A stretch of DNA of 64,000 bases, taken from NCBI GenBank assembly GCA_001600695.1, contig BCKQ01000003.1:57413-121412 (forward strand). Reading direction: 5' to 3'. A model generated the notes under the pieces. The model was not told the DNA's origin, made no database searches, and was given only the letters and a program-made list of their open reading frames with translations. Position numbers and translations under genes: made by a program. This document shows positions 62,901-64,000 of this stretch, one piece after another. Position 1 is the first letter of the stretch; every line of letters starts with the position of its first letter. The stretch is from Ascoidea asiatica JCM 7603. Taxonomy: Eukaryota > Fungi > Ascomycota.

Positions 62901-63546
62901 TTGTTTCAATTAAGCTATACAGTATAGCTTATATTAGTATGCGACTAATATACAATATTTATATAGCTTTTTGAAAAGTTCCTGCAGATGTAGAAGTTTG
63001 GTACTTTTATTTAAGTTTACACCTACGCATATATGCATATACAGACGCTATTTAGGTCCGGGATGTTTTATTGGTGGATGGGTTGAAAGCGACAAAGTCT
63101 TTCAGGAGTGTTTGTGATGTACAGCAGATTTGAATATAAATATATAATATTTCTAGTTAAGAGGCTCAATTGATTCTTCTCAAAAGCCAAATTTATCTAG
63201 ATAAGTAATACTTATATACGAATTCAGTTCAATAAATAAATTCTCATTAATAAAAGTAGTCGTATTTGAATAGCTGGAAATGGAAAGCCTTTGATGCGGT
63301 GGATGTTGGGTGTTACTACAGCTGCTCATAATAAAAAATGCAGTGAAGTTGCAGTTGAAACTGATAAAACAATATAAACAAGAAATAACAGAACATTCAA
63401 CAACCAGATATCAATGATTTGAATAAGTGATAACGTACAGCTTTAAGTCAATTGAATGCGTCTAACATCAAATCAGTTTGAGCAGCTTCAGATTCTTATC
63501 CTAATATATCACTGATTCAATTTTTAGGTACTCCTATTGTTTCAAG

Positions 63547-63905
63547 ATGGCCTGTCCTTTGGATACAAATACTTTAATCAACAAATTTAGAGCTAATTAC
63601 CTAACTACTATCGATGATGGTATTTCTAGAAGAATAATAACTCCATTTATTAGAGAAAGTCAATATACTCAAGTTTTAAATAGATCAACTTACGATGATG
63701 TTAATGATTATGCTTATAATACTATTGTAGATTCAAAATTCATTAATTTCAGGCATAATAATCCTTCCAATAATTCTATCAAAAGTAACGTCATAGGATT
63801 AAATATTATAGAAAATAGTACTAATAAAATTAATTTAAATGAAAAATCTAATACTATCAGTAATACAAATATTACTAACACCACCACCACCACTACCACT
63901 ACTAC

Positions 63906-64000
<95 letters not shown>
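63547..64000 (+). CDS. AVO1: 5' part of TORC2 subunit Avo1/Sin1 (runs off the window)
   Basis: MACPLDTNTLINKFRANYLTTIDDGISRRIITPF resembles the Sin1/Avo1 N-terminus (LR..YL....D....R.I); open to the window end; absent from the ORF track. Confidence 0.7.
63907..64000 (+). repeat. (AAT)n poly-Asn tract, at least 31 units
   Basis: Directly visible; truncated by the window end. Confidence 0.97.

Noticed and set aside
1-64000. CRISPR arrays, rRNA/tRNA genes, spliceosomal introns
   Set aside because: No repeat-spacer array or RNA gene recognised; host ORFs are continuous without needing introns

Overview
AT-rich, apparently intron-free budding-yeast (Saccharomycotina) chromosomal DNA with many AAT/poly-Asn tracts and few CTG codons. 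An Ascoidea-like yeast is a guess, not established. The first ~21 kb has no intact host gene and is a nest of decayed LTR retrotransposons: a minus-strand Ty1/copia relic running off the left edge; a minus-strand Ty3/gypsy relic with LTR, PPT and tRNA-iMet PBS, whose 5' LTR is cut by a plus-strand Ty1/copia relic; a ~1 kb LTR-like unit; and a solo gypsy-family LTR. This nest is a candidate regional centromere or heterochromatin block. From 21 to 64 kb the genes are: USV1/RGM1-type zinc finger, a 40-aa metallothionein-like ORF, class-3 lipase, MCH1-like MFS transporter, NOG2, GCD1, NAT3, SNF12/RSC6, a 1335-aa orphan, TRM44, an Efg1/Sok2 APSES factor flanked by long palindromes, a YPL107W-like gene, SSC1, SRF1, an LRR relic and the 5' end of AVO1. 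Between SNF12 and the orphan lies a structurally complete but decayed Ty5-like copia element (233-bp LTRs, TTTAA target-site duplication, TG...AA termini, CDEI/Cbf1 motif in each LTR). All calls come from motif recognition by eye; no searches were run.
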